A stretch of 64,000 bases of DNA, taken from the NCBI GenBank assembly GCA_965153285.1, contig OZ229113.1. One strand, 5' to 3'. Positions within the stretch are counted from its first letter, which is position 1. Every line of letters starts with the position of its first letter. Shown piece by piece: positions 43,976 to 56,280 of this stretch. Position numbers and translations under genes: made by a program. This DNA is from Podarcis tiliguerta (taxonomy: Eukaryota). Below the pieces are notes generated by a model. The model was not told the origin of the DNA, did no database searches, and saw only the letters and a list, made by a program, of their open reading frames with translations.

Positions 43976-46900
43976 ATTTACAGTAGGTTGCCCATTTGAC
44001 CAAGTGATAAAAAGCAGAAAAATTATGTTAGTCAGTGGATCTGTATTAACACACATATATTCGTATAATCAAATCTTCTCTAGCTGTTTTGATAGTCTAC
44101 AAGAAAATTAGACAGTTATCAATAAACTGCCACTGAAAGCATTTAGAGCCATCATGCAACTCTACCACTGAGACCCTTGCTTATAGACTAAGGACTGAAG
44201 TAATTATGGCACGTGAACTCTCTCTTGCAACCCAGAAACCAATGTCACCAGCTAAAGTGACAATTGCCTATCACAATTGTGTATGATAGGAGACTTCCAC
44301 TGATAATCTAATATACTTAATATCCCAGTCCCAAATTCATAGTGTTCTCAGGTGCAAAAGCAATGCTGGCGTTCTTGCATCATCCTTCATTTCTGTTACT
44401 TCTTTCTACCCTCTTATCCAAAGTGAGATCACAGTAAAATGGAATAGTCAGTTTACTCCTTGCGTTGCCCGCCTTCCACACACTCTGGAAACTGCCTTAG
44501 CCCTCCAAAGGATAAAATCTCCTTACTAGAGTGGGAAGGGGGGGGGGAGATGCACTTCCTTTCTTCTATATATTTCTCCCCCCACCCAACCCCACACACT
44601 TAATTTTCACTCCTCTCCCCCCCCCCTTCAATTCTGTATAAATTCAATTTGACAACCCTGCTAATTGGATAAACGTCGTTCCCTATGCTCCTTTAAAGCA
44701 GTTCTCTTTTCTTTTCTTGTTTTTGGAGGGTGATTGTGGCTGTTCTTTAACATGAATTCCATCTGCTTTATTTCTCCTCTCCCTATTCAGCATCCTTCCT
44801 GAATATTTATGAAGTGTTTTGCCATCCCCCTTCCAACCTTCCCTCCTTCCTATCTTCTTTTGCTCCCTTCTCACCTCCCTCTTTCCCTCCTTTGGCCTGC
44901 CAGCCCCACTCCCTCCCATGTTCCTTCTTCCTTCCCAGCTTGGCTCAGTTATTCCCTCTCCTATCTCTCATTGCCCCGGACAATAACCTTCCAAATGCAC
45001 CCCCCCACCCCGCTTTAGATAAACACAGGCAGTGTCAAGTGTGAGGAGAAGGGGGGAGGGAGTTCAACTGCCAGTCAAGCCTCAGGTCTTCAATGAGGCC
45101 TAGAGGCCTACGCTAATCTGCTGCATGCTTGCCATATGGGAGCTGTGTTGCCCTGGGAAACGCTAACAGGCAGAACGGAGCTTAATAGAGTCCATATTCA
45201 TTGTAATGCAGTGAGATGGCTCGAGGGACTATTGCCCCTTGGGTCTGTTTTCATTCTTCTGTTCCCTCTCTTTCTTTCTTTTTCCCTCCCTTTTTTCCCT
45301 TTCTTTCCTCTTTTCAAAAGACAAGGTCCCTGGAGAGCTCTAATCTGGAGAGGCTGGGGCTCAGTGAAGGGACAGGGTTTGGTGCTTGCAGAAGGGAAGA
45401 AAGATGGCTGGGAAGATGAGGAAGTGGAGTGGACAGTAAAGGAGCAACTAATAAGCATGCCGTGGGCCAGCTGTCAAGATGTCCACAATGCCTCCTCTTC
45501 GTGCAAATACCTGTGCGCAAAGGTGGCGGGAGTCCCTTTTCACCATAGGAATCCTTGCCCTTCGCAGGAATGTTGCAAACTTGGATGACTTGGGTGGAAG
45601 GTGAATACAGATTACCATTTAGCGAGTGGTAGTTTACTAGAATTAAGTACGAATCCACAGGGAATGACACAGTATCCAGTCAAATGGTGAGCAGGATTTT
45701 ATCAGTTCTCTGAAGCCCTTGCTTTCTGGTGAAGCCCAGGGATGTGGTAAAACTCTCCTTGCCACATGGAAGGATGTTATAATGAGCTTACAAAATAAGA
45801 CTGTGGTATATATCCACGATAAAGGTAAACTGTACCGGGAACTAGAATGGTCAAGGAAATTACTCCAGAAGATAAAAGCTATCGGAAGCAGGCACTGCAA
45901 ACCAATTCAGAGCTGAAGAAGATGGCTAACCTTTTCTCTCTCCGCTCAAAGGGACTGGATTTGCAATAAAATGCCAAATATGTTTCTTTTTATTAATAAT
46001 GCTTTCTGCAACCCAAGCACTTCCTGCCACAGCTCCATACCGCAAATGAAATCTTAACTACAATTCTTCTCTAATGGCTCTCTCACTCTTTCCACTTCTA
46101 ACTAATGAACATGTTAATGACACAAGTGAGAATACATAGCCCGCAAGCACTTACATAAGGGATGATAAACTAAAAATAATTACATAATGCTGTCATATCT
46201 CGTAATTCTTAGCTCTTTAACTCTTACCAGATTTCCAACAGCAGCTTGACAAAAACTGGCCTTCTATGTCCACAATAACTTTCAATAAAACTGAGAACAC
46301 TAATCCCCTAAAACAGTAAATCACTGTTTTTTTCCCTATTTGCAAACTCAAGATTTTTGTTCCTTTAATGGTAAAGAGAGTGTTCAAACAACCAGAATAT
46401 TGTAAATAAGGTAAGACAATATTCACCCTGTGTTCCAAGCATGGAATGTGTGGTATCAAGCACTAAGGGAACGCTGCATAATATCAGTACTAATAAATTA
46501 GAAGGTCAATTCACACATCCCTTTTACGTGGTAAAATGTCAGTTCTTTCAAGCTACAATGAAGTCATTCCATAGCAGCAGCAACAAAAATCACGTCATTG
46601 TGCCTCCAGTGCAACATTTAGTGATCTACAGTATACGAACAGAAGTGGATTATCAGTTTTCATAATAAAATAGCATGAAAACACCTTCATTACTAGTCTT
46701 CTGTATGTTATCTTGTCCAACAAAGAAGTTTAAGTCTCATTTCTGTATATCTAGCCTGAAAGGATTTTCGTTAGCCATAAATCTAAGATGAAGGGAAAAA
46801 TTTTGAGGAAAGGTGGGATTAAAATTAAATACAAGGAAGTAAATGTAGGACTTTGTGAAAAAATAGGTAGCATCATCTAGAAAGGAAGGAATTTAAGAGG

Positions 46901-47421
46901 ACTTTAGACCTTTCTACATGTAAACAAACCATTCCAGCCAGGAGGACCCCTGGTGGAAAGTTAAACATCTGCATCCTTCCTCTCTTTTGCTGTGTCTTCA
47001 TTTCATCCCTCCAACATCCAGAGATTATAGAACGTCCTGGGATAGTCTGGGAGTTACTTTAGCTCCCAAGACAACTAGTTTTACTATCAGCACACCTGTA
47101 TCGAAAGTGGCTCAGGAAACCAAATGGGTCGTCAGATCACCAACCAAATCCCAGCATGTGTTGACTAAATATTATAAAGAGAGATACTGTATTTGGTGTA
47201 GTTTGGATGCAATTCCTGACTGCATGAAAAACTTGACCTGAAGACAGAGGTCCACAAATTTGTCCTGGCTTACTTGATGGCAATTATTTGTAGTTGCACT
47301 GAACCCTCCTGCCCCCAACCCTCTGTGCATGCCAGAGGAAGGACCAGGTCTCTCTCACTATTATTAAGTGCAACATTAATGTTTCCATGTCTCAATGTAT
47401 TTTTGGTTACAAATGCCAGCA

Positions 47422-47448
47422 AGTACAGTACAGTACAGTACAGTACAG
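47422..47448. repeat. (AGTAC)n pentanucleotide repeat
   Basis: agtacagtacagtacagtacagtacag. Confidence 0.9.
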
Positions 47449-47479
47449 TCTATCTTGAAAACTTTTGTGACTGGATAGG

Positions 47480-47640
47480 AATATAGGAAGTTGCCTAACA
47501 TTATCAGACTGTTTGCCCATCTAGCCCAGTATGGTCTGCTCTACTAGCAGTGTCTCTTGGAGTTTTGCCTTTCCTAACACAAGGGATTAAAATAAGGGAT
47601 TCTAAATACAAAGCATGTGCTCTATCATTGAGCCATAGTC
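47480..47640 (-). mobile_element. Old tRNA-head SINE remnant
   Basis: ataggaagttgcct..tcagact..gcccatctagcccagtat tail and body; aaagcatgtgctctatcattgagccatag head. Confidence 0.5.
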
Positions 47641-49121
47641 TCTCTTAGCAGGTATGACATACAGATGTGTATAATTGTGTTTGTGTGCAGATTTAGGAAA
47701 ATTTTGTATGTATTAATTTAAAAATCTAATTAATTCCAAAATTTAGTACTATTCAGCATGAAAACTGCAATCCTACGTAAACTTAGTGTGTAGTAAGTAA
47801 CACCCAAGTAGTAATACGTACTACAAACTTACTAAGTAGTAAGTAGTACTAGGAAGTAAGCACCACTTATTATCATCATCATCATCATCACAATTTGTAT
47901 ACCACCCTATACCCGTAGATCTCAGTGCAGTTCACAGCATAAAATTGCAATAAAAAACAAAACAAAATACGTAATAAAAATAAAAACAGGGCTTACTTCT
48001 GATTCAGCATGCTTAAGTTTTCACTGCACAATGCAAACATTATGGCCCTCAATTCACACAGCTTCAGCGCTGGTGGAACCATCGATGCCAAACTGCAATT
48101 CTTCTGTTTCAGTTTCTTCTATTGCATACTACGGTGTTTATGAGGTGATTAGAATAGCAGACAGTTCATCAAACCATGCAGATATTCAAACCATGCAGCC
48201 TAGCCTTCCCCCTTACATGCATTTTTCTAGGTACAGTGAGCTTTTACAAAGATCCCATATACATGCCACTCTTGGAAGCCTGACGTGATAATGTCCAGCA
48301 AAGCTTTGCTGCTGCTGATTACATAAACTAGTAATAAAGCCTACCTGTCAACCAGGTCACTCTGTGTGTGGGTGTACTGGTTATCTGTTCATAAATAGCC
48401 TGCCCATATATCAGCGAGTACCAAGCTCAAGTTTATTCCTCCTTTGGCCAGTGAAGTAGATGAATTCCAACACCTTAAGATTGCCATTTATGGTGCTTTT
48501 GCATTTCATGAGTTTAGCAACGTTTGCTAGCACACCTCCTATGCTGTCCAGTCCCTACCATTACAATCATGTCAGCAACAAAGGAGGACTTCTCTACGAC
48601 GGGAATCAATCTGTTTCCTCCTTTGGGATTGTTTTGATAAGTTCAATTTTTCTTTTATAATACCACCTGTCAGGAATGTTTATGTTGCTGACACAAATAC
48701 AATGCAGACAGTAGTTCTAGTTACCTTCTGTGTTTCAGCAATTAGTATCTCCTCATTTCTACAATGAATATCTGTCGTATTTATAATTGCTATCTATTCT
48801 TGTTTCATCAGTCTAGTATGTCCACCAATGCTTTTTCACTTTCAGAAATCAACTTCTCTTCAACGTTGACCTCCTTTATCAGCTAGGAGTAGCTTACTAA
48901 TAGTAACCTCTATGCATCAGATACAAAACAAAATGGATTGTGGAAATACATCAATGATGGCATTTCACAAGATAAATAGAGGTGTCATGTCCCCTTAACC
49001 TCCACTGGTGTACATGGTGCCCAATAAACTTTCACCTGGGTAAGAGGAAGGGCTGAAAGAGATATGGGAAACACGGCCTGTCTGTTCCCAATACAGGAAG
49101 GAAGAATATTCTTTGCTCACA

Positions 49122-49222
49122 TGGTTTGCTGGTTTTCCACAGGCATCTGGTTGGCCACTGTGAGAACAGGATACTGGACTTGACAAGCCTTTGTTCTGAT
49201 CCACCAGGCTCTTCTTGTGTTC
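49122..49222 (+). mobile_element. CR1-type LINE 3' tail
   Basis: ggcatctggttggccactgtgagaacaggatactggac...tctgatccaccaggctcttcttgtgttc. Confidence 0.7.
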
Positions 49223-50239
49223 AAAACGCTTCAGATAAGCCTATGCACATTCAGAGGACAAACACTGGCAATCTTTCCATGTATAGTTGGCGGCAAGTGG
49301 GTAGATCGTGTCCATAGTTTGTTTATACTGACATTTTCATTATTCAGTTTAGTTTTTCTTATCATGGACTTGGCACAATAGTAGCATCACTTAGCTTGGG
49401 TTATATACCAATACCCTGTATGTACTTACGGAGAACTCAATCTCTTGAGTGTGGATCTTTATGAATCCAAAATGGCATCTTCCATGTACAAGAGCTAGTA
49501 TCCATGTATCACTAGTAGTTGGAGGAAAACCTGAGGTCTGCAGAAGTATAAGGGGAAACAACCCCACAACTGCCCAATGATGGCCGAGTATGCTCAGTGG
49601 TGAGGAAATACTGAACGAATGCTGGAAACGGGATGGAAAACCAGACGGAAGGGAATGGAGTATCAGTATGACTGGAAGAATGAACAGGAGCACTCTGCAC
49701 TATAACAAGTTGTGGCAGATGGCACTTACTGGCAACCAAATTGTCAAAGTGACCCTCTGAATACTGAGCCATAACTTGCTAGCTAATATGGAATTATGTT
49801 GCTGCAACAAAGGATTTTTTTAAAAAAAAAATCACACTATAATTGGATCTTAAGTAATAGCCTATTCTATTTTCTCTTCATTAAATTAAAATTCCTATAA
49901 CATTTGGATGAAATACTGCAGAAATTACTTCCAGCTATCTCAAGTTCCATGACTTCATTAATCCTTGGCAAAACCTCCATAACTTTAGCACACATAATGA
50001 CTGCCTGGGAATTCGAACGGGCAACTGTAATTGCTATTTTTAGCATCACTAGTTTCGTGGCATTGTGAGACATCACAATATGCTCCTAAAACAAAATGTC
50101 TTTATATAAAGCAGAGTTTTTTTCATGGTTATTACATCTGGAGGAACTTTACTCTTGACTTACAATTTAAGTTATTCTTTCAAGTTATTGTAATTTCAGT
50201 AGATTTTGGTGTAAGCTTTGACCATCTTGGCTGTGAGTT

Positions 50240-50525
50240 CTGAATGACTTGTTCCCTGCCTTGCTAGCCTTTTCCCACCTGGCCTGGGAGGGCAGGGCCC
50301 TGCCTAATCCAGCTTCAAAAACTGGGCTTGGGTATTGTTTAACAGGGGATGTTGCTGTTATTAAGCTCTTAGGATTTATGTGGAAATTGTTCAATTTTGT
50401 GTACTTTTTGATGTGTTTTACTTATTGTCTACGGCTATTTTTTGTACCTCTTTCATATTGTAAGTCACTTTGTGCATAGTTTTAACCATGGAAAGGTTGC
50501 ATACAAATAAAATGGTGATGATGAA
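50240..50525 (+). mobile_element. LINE (L2-like) 3'UTR fragment
   Basis: Homologous to 20310-20652. Confidence 0.6.
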
Positions 50526-51339
50526 ATTAAGCACTCCCTAAAATAAAAAAAATTAAGGCACAAGTACCTTCATTTTAATTATGTTAGATACTCTATAGGA
50601 TTTTTCCTGCAAAGCCAATCTCAAATGCAATCTTGAGCTATAAGGCAAGTGTATTGCTTAATTATGTGCAATTGCAAGAAAGAACATGTGGGAATATCAA
50701 ATTAATTGAGACTATAATTTGCAAATTAATTAAGACTGTAATCACAATAAGAGCACGTTCATTTTAATGTGGGGCTTAGTTCACTGGAGTGGACAAATGT
50801 TGCTATTTATAGAAGCAGCATAACATCAGATGTTGTAGGCTTCAAACCCTGGTCTTTGGGGAACAAGCATGAGCTCTCTATTTCCTGTGCTGCCATGAAA
50901 GCTGGTTAGAGTAGGAACGTACACATACTCCAATCAAACCAAAGACTGCACTTGGAGACAGAGATGCGAACATCCAGTGATCCATTGAGTTCAACAATAT
51001 GCCTCTCCTCACCATTTAGCGACTTGGATCTTCTCAGCTTTCAGTCTTGCGTGAACTTTAAACTTTGCTGAACTGAGATTCAGGCCCTCTCTGAATCCCT
51101 AACTTTTCCTGCCTGGCCTGGAAGTCTTATTGTTAATCTCCATTTAAGCATCTCTTCAATTATTGCCTTGCTTTTTGACCTGACCACCCTATGCTCCAGG
51201 ATGAAATCATCTGCTTTGCTCAAATCTGCCTGAGAGCAGCCTTTCAGCCTTTCTGCTTACAAACTATGAACCTCTATGGGCCCTGGTCAGATTCAAATTT
51301 ATTACTTAGCCATTGGCCATTACAATACCTAGTAATTAG

Positions 51340-51493
51340 ATCACAGGATCATAGAATCATGGAGCTGTAGAGTTGGAAGGGACCCCAAGGGTCATCTAAT
51401 TCAACCCCCTGCAATGCAGGAATCTTTTGCCCAATGTGGGGCTCAAACCCATGACCCTGAGATTAAGAGTCTCATGCTCTACTGACTAAGCTA
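51340..51493 (-). mobile_element. tRNA-Lys(CTT)-derived SINE with CR1 3' tail (P.s.1/POM-type lacertid SINE)
   Basis: Minus 51493-51428 TAGCTTAGTCAGTAGAGCATGAGACTCTTAATCTCAGGGTCATGGGTTTGAGCCCCACATTGGGC is tRNA-Lys-CTT with CpG decay, fused to gattcctgcattgcaggggg...ttccaactct...attctatgat. Confidence 0.88.
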
Positions 51494-52222
51494 TGTCAAG
51501 CACAACTAAACATTTTCATGTACCAATGGGAAATCTTGGCTCCCTCAACATAGGACAAATAATGTTGATGTTCTATATCTACCAGCCAATCTAACTGTAA
51601 TGTGAGCTCCAGCTGAGGCCATAATGAATAAGAGTAAGAAAGCCCCACCCTATTAATGTGCTCCTCTGTCACAGATCTCAAGGATTTATGCACTGGTTCC
51701 TAATTGGCTATCCCCTAAAACATAAACATGCTACATTAGAAATATTCATTCTGGTGAGACTAAGCCAATAATTAAGTAGTAGCCTCTGGATTTTACTTTC
51801 CAAGGAACTTAAACCTGTTTTCTAGCCTCAGAAATGACGCTGGGAGAGAAAGCAGCACAAACGTGATCTTAAATATTTATTCTGGATACTGTCTATTGAA
51901 GAAGTACAGCCAGTTCCCAAACCTGAGCACCATAAACAAGCTGAGTAGTTGTTTTAGCTCAGAAAACCTTAAGAGCAAGTTGTAACAGGTTGGCTCCTCT
52001 GTTTCTCTGAAATCTCATAATAGCCCATAATCTCTTGGCCACTGAGCAGTGGAGACAGTTAATTTAACATTTCACCTTCTGGTGAAAGAAAACTAAATCC
52101 CCATATACTTATAGAGCATCTAGAACAAGTTAGAGCTTCTTAAGGTGACACTGTTTGTGCAATCAAAGGGGCAACTCCCCACATAACAGTGTACTTCATT
52201 AAAATAGTTTCATACAGAACAG

Positions 52223-52932
52223 TTACAGGGCATGATGCTCTCTCCTTGCCATGTACTTCCCCACTTCAGGTTTCTTCTTCAGACTCCTCCCTCTGCTATA
52301 GCTAGCTCTACTTCTGAACTCTATACATGTCGTTACATCTTTGTTAAAGCAGACAATTAACTTAATCAGTTGGTTTGGCCAACAGGTTACTGCTAGCAAA
52401 TACACCACAGTGGAGCCTTCACCACTGGTCCACAGTCATCCAGGTGGGCTGGTTGTCATACCAGCTTCTCGCTTCATGCCTGTGCAATTGTTCCAGGTGA
52501 TACATTGTCTTTGTTTTGTGCATTGTACTTTGCTTGTTTAGCTCTTTCCTTTTGTGGAATCCAAGTGTACTGTCCCACCATTTCCCCTGGAGTTGTAGCA
52601 AAGAGTCCCCCAAGGGCAGCAATGTCTCCATCCTCCTTCCCATCAGTCTTTGAACTGGGCTACTGTTCATTCCTTGCAAGGGTGTGTTTCTGTGATTCCA
52701 ATCAAGCCAGGTAAGGATCCCCTGCAGTCTTGTTTGCTTTGGCTGTCTTTACTGCTGATTCTGCTTTCCCATTGTTCTGTGAGTATCCATGGAATAGTGC
52801 CTTGCGCTGGAATTCCTATGTAATGCATAACTCTGAATTCTCCTGAGGCGTATTGTGGCCCGTTGTCCAAGAACAGAGTGCCGGGTATCCCATGCCTTTC
52901 AAAATGAGATGTAAGCTTTCTGACCATGTTAA
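52223..52932 (-). pseudogene. Degraded Ty3/Gypsy-type integrase fragment
   Basis: Across frameshifts: VRKLTSHFERHGIPGTLFLDNGPQYASGEF / YSQNNGKAESAVKTAK..DPYLA* / HRNTPLQGMNSSPVQRLMGRRMETLLP. These are the second D (DNG) and the E of the DDE core plus typical downstream motifs. Confidence 0.85.
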
Positions 52933-52934
52933 CA

Positions 52935-53263
52935 CAGTGGTGCCTCGCAAGACGAAAAGAATCCGTTCCGTGAGTCTCTCTGTCTAGCGGTTTTTTCGTC
53001 TTGCGAAGCAAACCCATTAGCGGATTAGCGCTATTAAAGGCTTAAGGGATTAGCGGATTAGCTGCTAAAAGGCTATTAGCAGCTTAGTGCCTTAGAAAAA
53101 GGGGGTGGGGAGCGGAAAAAAACCCCCAGGAATCGCAAGACATTTTCGTCTTGCGAAGCAAGCCCATAGCAAATTCGTCCTGCGAAGCACCTCCAAAACG
53201 GAAAACCCTTTCGTCTAGCGGGTTTTCCGTCTTGCGAGGCATTCGTCTTGCGGGGCACCACTG
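52935..53263. mobile_element. Tigger/pogo-type MITE
   Basis: 22-bp TIRs CAGTGGTGCCTCGCAAGACGAA / TTCGTCTTGCGGGGCACCACTG (1 mismatch); internal ttcgtcttgcga repeats; flanked by CA on both sides. Confidence 0.9.
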
Positions 53264-54863
53264 CATTTCTGAGCATGCACAGAAACCACTGAACGCCGAG
53301 TATCAGTTGGAAAAGAAAAACAGGAAATTGGTGTGGGTGGGTGTGCATATATGGGGAGGGGCAGGCGATGCCCTGCTTAGGCAAAATAGTTGGCTAGTAC
53401 CTTAAACAGCTGTATTGTAGGCAAGGACATACTGCAACATTTTGTTGCAGTCCCCACTTGTGCTTTATCTGAGATTTAAGATCTTTAAAAGTACTTGTCT
53501 TCACGCAGGCAACAGGAGCAGGCCCCAGCTGGAAAGTTTGCTACTGCTGACACAGTTTACATTCTCCTCATCCCCATTCCCACCCTACTACTTTCTCCTC
53601 ACTCCAAGAGTTCTCTCAAGCAGCCTTTAAGCTTTAAACAAATATGAATTTGTAAAGCAGCAGTCTGCTCTCATGTCACTCTGCCACCCCTCCATCCTGC
53701 CTTCCTCCTCTCAACAGCCAAAGCCCAACAGAGTTGGCAAGAGCAGCACGTGTACAGAAAACAAACACGTGGAGCATAGCCAGCAATGAAGCTGGATTTG
53801 GTATGCTCTGTTTACAAAAGGAATAAGGAATAGGAAGAAAAGAGAGCAAGGAAGACAGTTGGAATTATACACCAGTCAGAAAAAAACATATGTATAAAAT
53901 AGAAAGAACAATGCATTCAGCTCCCAATGAACTCAAATCCTTTGTCCTGCGTCCAAGTCATTTTACTGTTTCAGTTGATGCCCACATCTTAATTTAAAAA
54001 CGCAATTATCTACTTTTTATCTTCAAGGCCAGAATCAAGTTTTCCCAAGCAGTCCAAAGCTATTCCTCACCGCAAAGGTCATTGCTGACTGCAATATAGC
54101 CTGCCTTTCCTATATGTCTGAAACATTATATATGCAGCTTTCAGAAAGCAGAGCACAGGAAGAAGAGTCAGAGAAGTGGTAATTCTGATCCAGAAGGGTC
54201 TCCAACCGTTAAAAAAAATAAAAATCTATGTGTCAACTTGCACTCCCTCTGAACTCCACCTTCCCCCATTCCAATGTATTTTGCAAGGTTCAGGGTAGAA
54301 ACATTGTGGGGTGGCTTGGTTCCATGTGGTTTCCACCCCTAACCATAATTCTGACCAATCTTCCTCAAAAGATTTGCAGATGTGTTTTCGGATAGCTGCA
54401 AAACCAGATTAGTTCTACCTAATCTTAGGCTTAGTATAAAAAATTATTCTCTGCTAGAACATCTACCCAAGTATTATTTTCGGGGAAATCGCCAGCATAT
54501 ACACCAAAAACCCTCTCATGAATAGCTTAATACCTCTATGGGTTCAAAACTAGAAGTGATGTTTTAGATTAAAATAACTGGCACTGTGGATCAAGAGTGA
54601 TCCAAGTCCTGGTATGATTCTGGAACCCTAAGAGTTATACTTAGTTTACAAAATAAGATTACGGTTAAGAAAGAAGAGAGTCATAATGTAAAAAATCAAC
54701 CTGGTACATTATTTCTCAGAACAGAGGAGAAGACAACCTGAATTTCACACATAGTCTTGTTGAATTGGTGACATTAATCAGTGACAATAATTCCTACCAT
54801 ATCTATATCTATATTATAGTGGATGCTAACAAGCAGACTAAAGAATTAACTACTTCCAAGACA

Positions 54864-54955
54864 GGATGCAATCCTGTATCCCTACTTACCTGGGAGTAAG
54901 CCCCATTAAACTCAATGGGCCTTGCATCTGAGTAGATATGTACAGGACTGTGCTG
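54864..54955. repeat. ~90-bp palindromic interspersed repeat
   Basis: gcaatcctgta..tacttacctgggagtaagccccattaaactcaatgggcctt..gagtag..tacaggactgtgc hairpin; degraded relatives near 25465-25532 and 47763-48028. Confidence 0.7.
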
Positions 54956-55866
54956 TTACAGATTTACTATTTGTAAAAACACTTAATTATATTTTCTCTC
55001 TCAAAATAATAATAATTAAAAAAAAATCAAGTGGCTAATCTCCAGAATTCAAAGTGTTAGCACTCTGAAGGTCCAATAGCACCAAAGAGATGGAGGACAG
55101 ATCAATTTACTTTTTACAATGGAAACAAAGCAATTTACAGTGTACACAAAATACTGTGGTTAAGGGAAGGAGCAACCATACCAAAGCAGTGTGGTGAGAG
55201 GCTGGTATAGACAAAAACAGCAGGATAATTTTACAGGGATAAACCAGCTCAAAATCACAGACCCAAGAGAAAATGTTTGTCAAAGGAACAAGAGGCCTAG
55301 TTTAAATTTAAACACCATCCCGAAGCACATTCACTCCATGATCATGTCCTGTTGATTTCAGTGGAATATGCTATCAAATTTGAGGATTGAGGTCTTGGCA
55401 TTTATTGTGCCAGCAGGGAATCTAATCTAGTTATAGCAGTGCAACTGAACTACATATCTTGTAATGAAGACCAACTGTGACATAATACTGACATAAAATG
55501 AGCCCTCAGGCATCAGTGTTGTCTACCTACTGCGAAATAGTACAGTAATGGCAAAAAAAAAACAGAAAAAAACAAATGGAGACAAACAAGATATCTGGTG
55601 GCCAACAAAATACAGTGCATTGTTTGTGTGATTAACTCCCATTACCTGGAAATTCTGCTGATGCAGGTGCTATAACAGTACTTAGGAGAAGCTCATGTGT
55701 CACTATGCTTGTCAAATTTATCTTAAGCCAATGACCCAACTCAGGAGGTGGGGCTCAAAGCAAAAGCCTATCACCCAACTGCTACCACCTAGTCAATATG
55801 CATGAATTAAAACAACAATCCAGTGCTGTATTTATGCACTTTGCCACGTTATTCCCTCAACACAGT

Positions 55867-56280
55867 GGCCTGGTTCACATGTCACATTAAATCACTGTTA
55901 AAATAAACTATGGTTTAACATGAATGAGTTGAAATTGTAGGCACTTTGCTCCACTTTGGCTCCTGCTGCGGCCACATTGCCAGGAAACAAGCTATGGTCT
56001 GTCTTGTCATGTTATCTAAACCTGGATTTGTGCTTTGTTTCTCTTCAAACAAACCACTCACAGAAGCCAAGGTTTGGTTTTGGCTTACTGCTCATAGTGC
56101 GGAGAGACACAAACAAGGAGCTTGGGTTTGGACAAGACAGCAAGCCAGACCATGCTGCAGGATCAGGGTGGGGAATTTCAGAAGGCCCCCAATTTCAAAA
56201 GCATGCACCAGCATACCTTTTGTTCACGTTAAACCTTGGTTTATTGTAACTATGGCTTAATGTGATGTGCGCACCAGGCT
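55867..56280. mobile_element. PIF/Harbinger-like MITE
   Basis: TIR-like GGCCTGGTTCACATGTCACATTAA / TTAATGTGATGTGCGCACCAGGCT, with internal aaacca/tggttt arms. Confidence 0.65.

Noticed and set aside
51182-51190. GLI-like site GACCACCCT (also CTGGTGGTC near 29131)
   Set aside because: Mismatched, isolated 9-mers are expected by chance in 64 kb; I saw no perfect GACCACCCA.
51428-51493. Functional tRNA-Lys gene
   Set aside because: The 5' acceptor stem is missing, the B-box is mutated (GGTTTGAG), and it is fused to a CR1 tail, so it is a SINE.
52990-53250. Spaced ttcgtcttgcga repeats resembling a CRISPR array
   Set aside because: Irregular spacing, vertebrate DNA, and they are internal copies of the MITE TIR motif.
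54882-54892. TACTTACCTGG, like the 5' end of U1 snRNA or a perfect minus-strand donor
   Set aside because: No further U1 similarity; it is part of a common palindromic repeat with no convincing partner acceptor.
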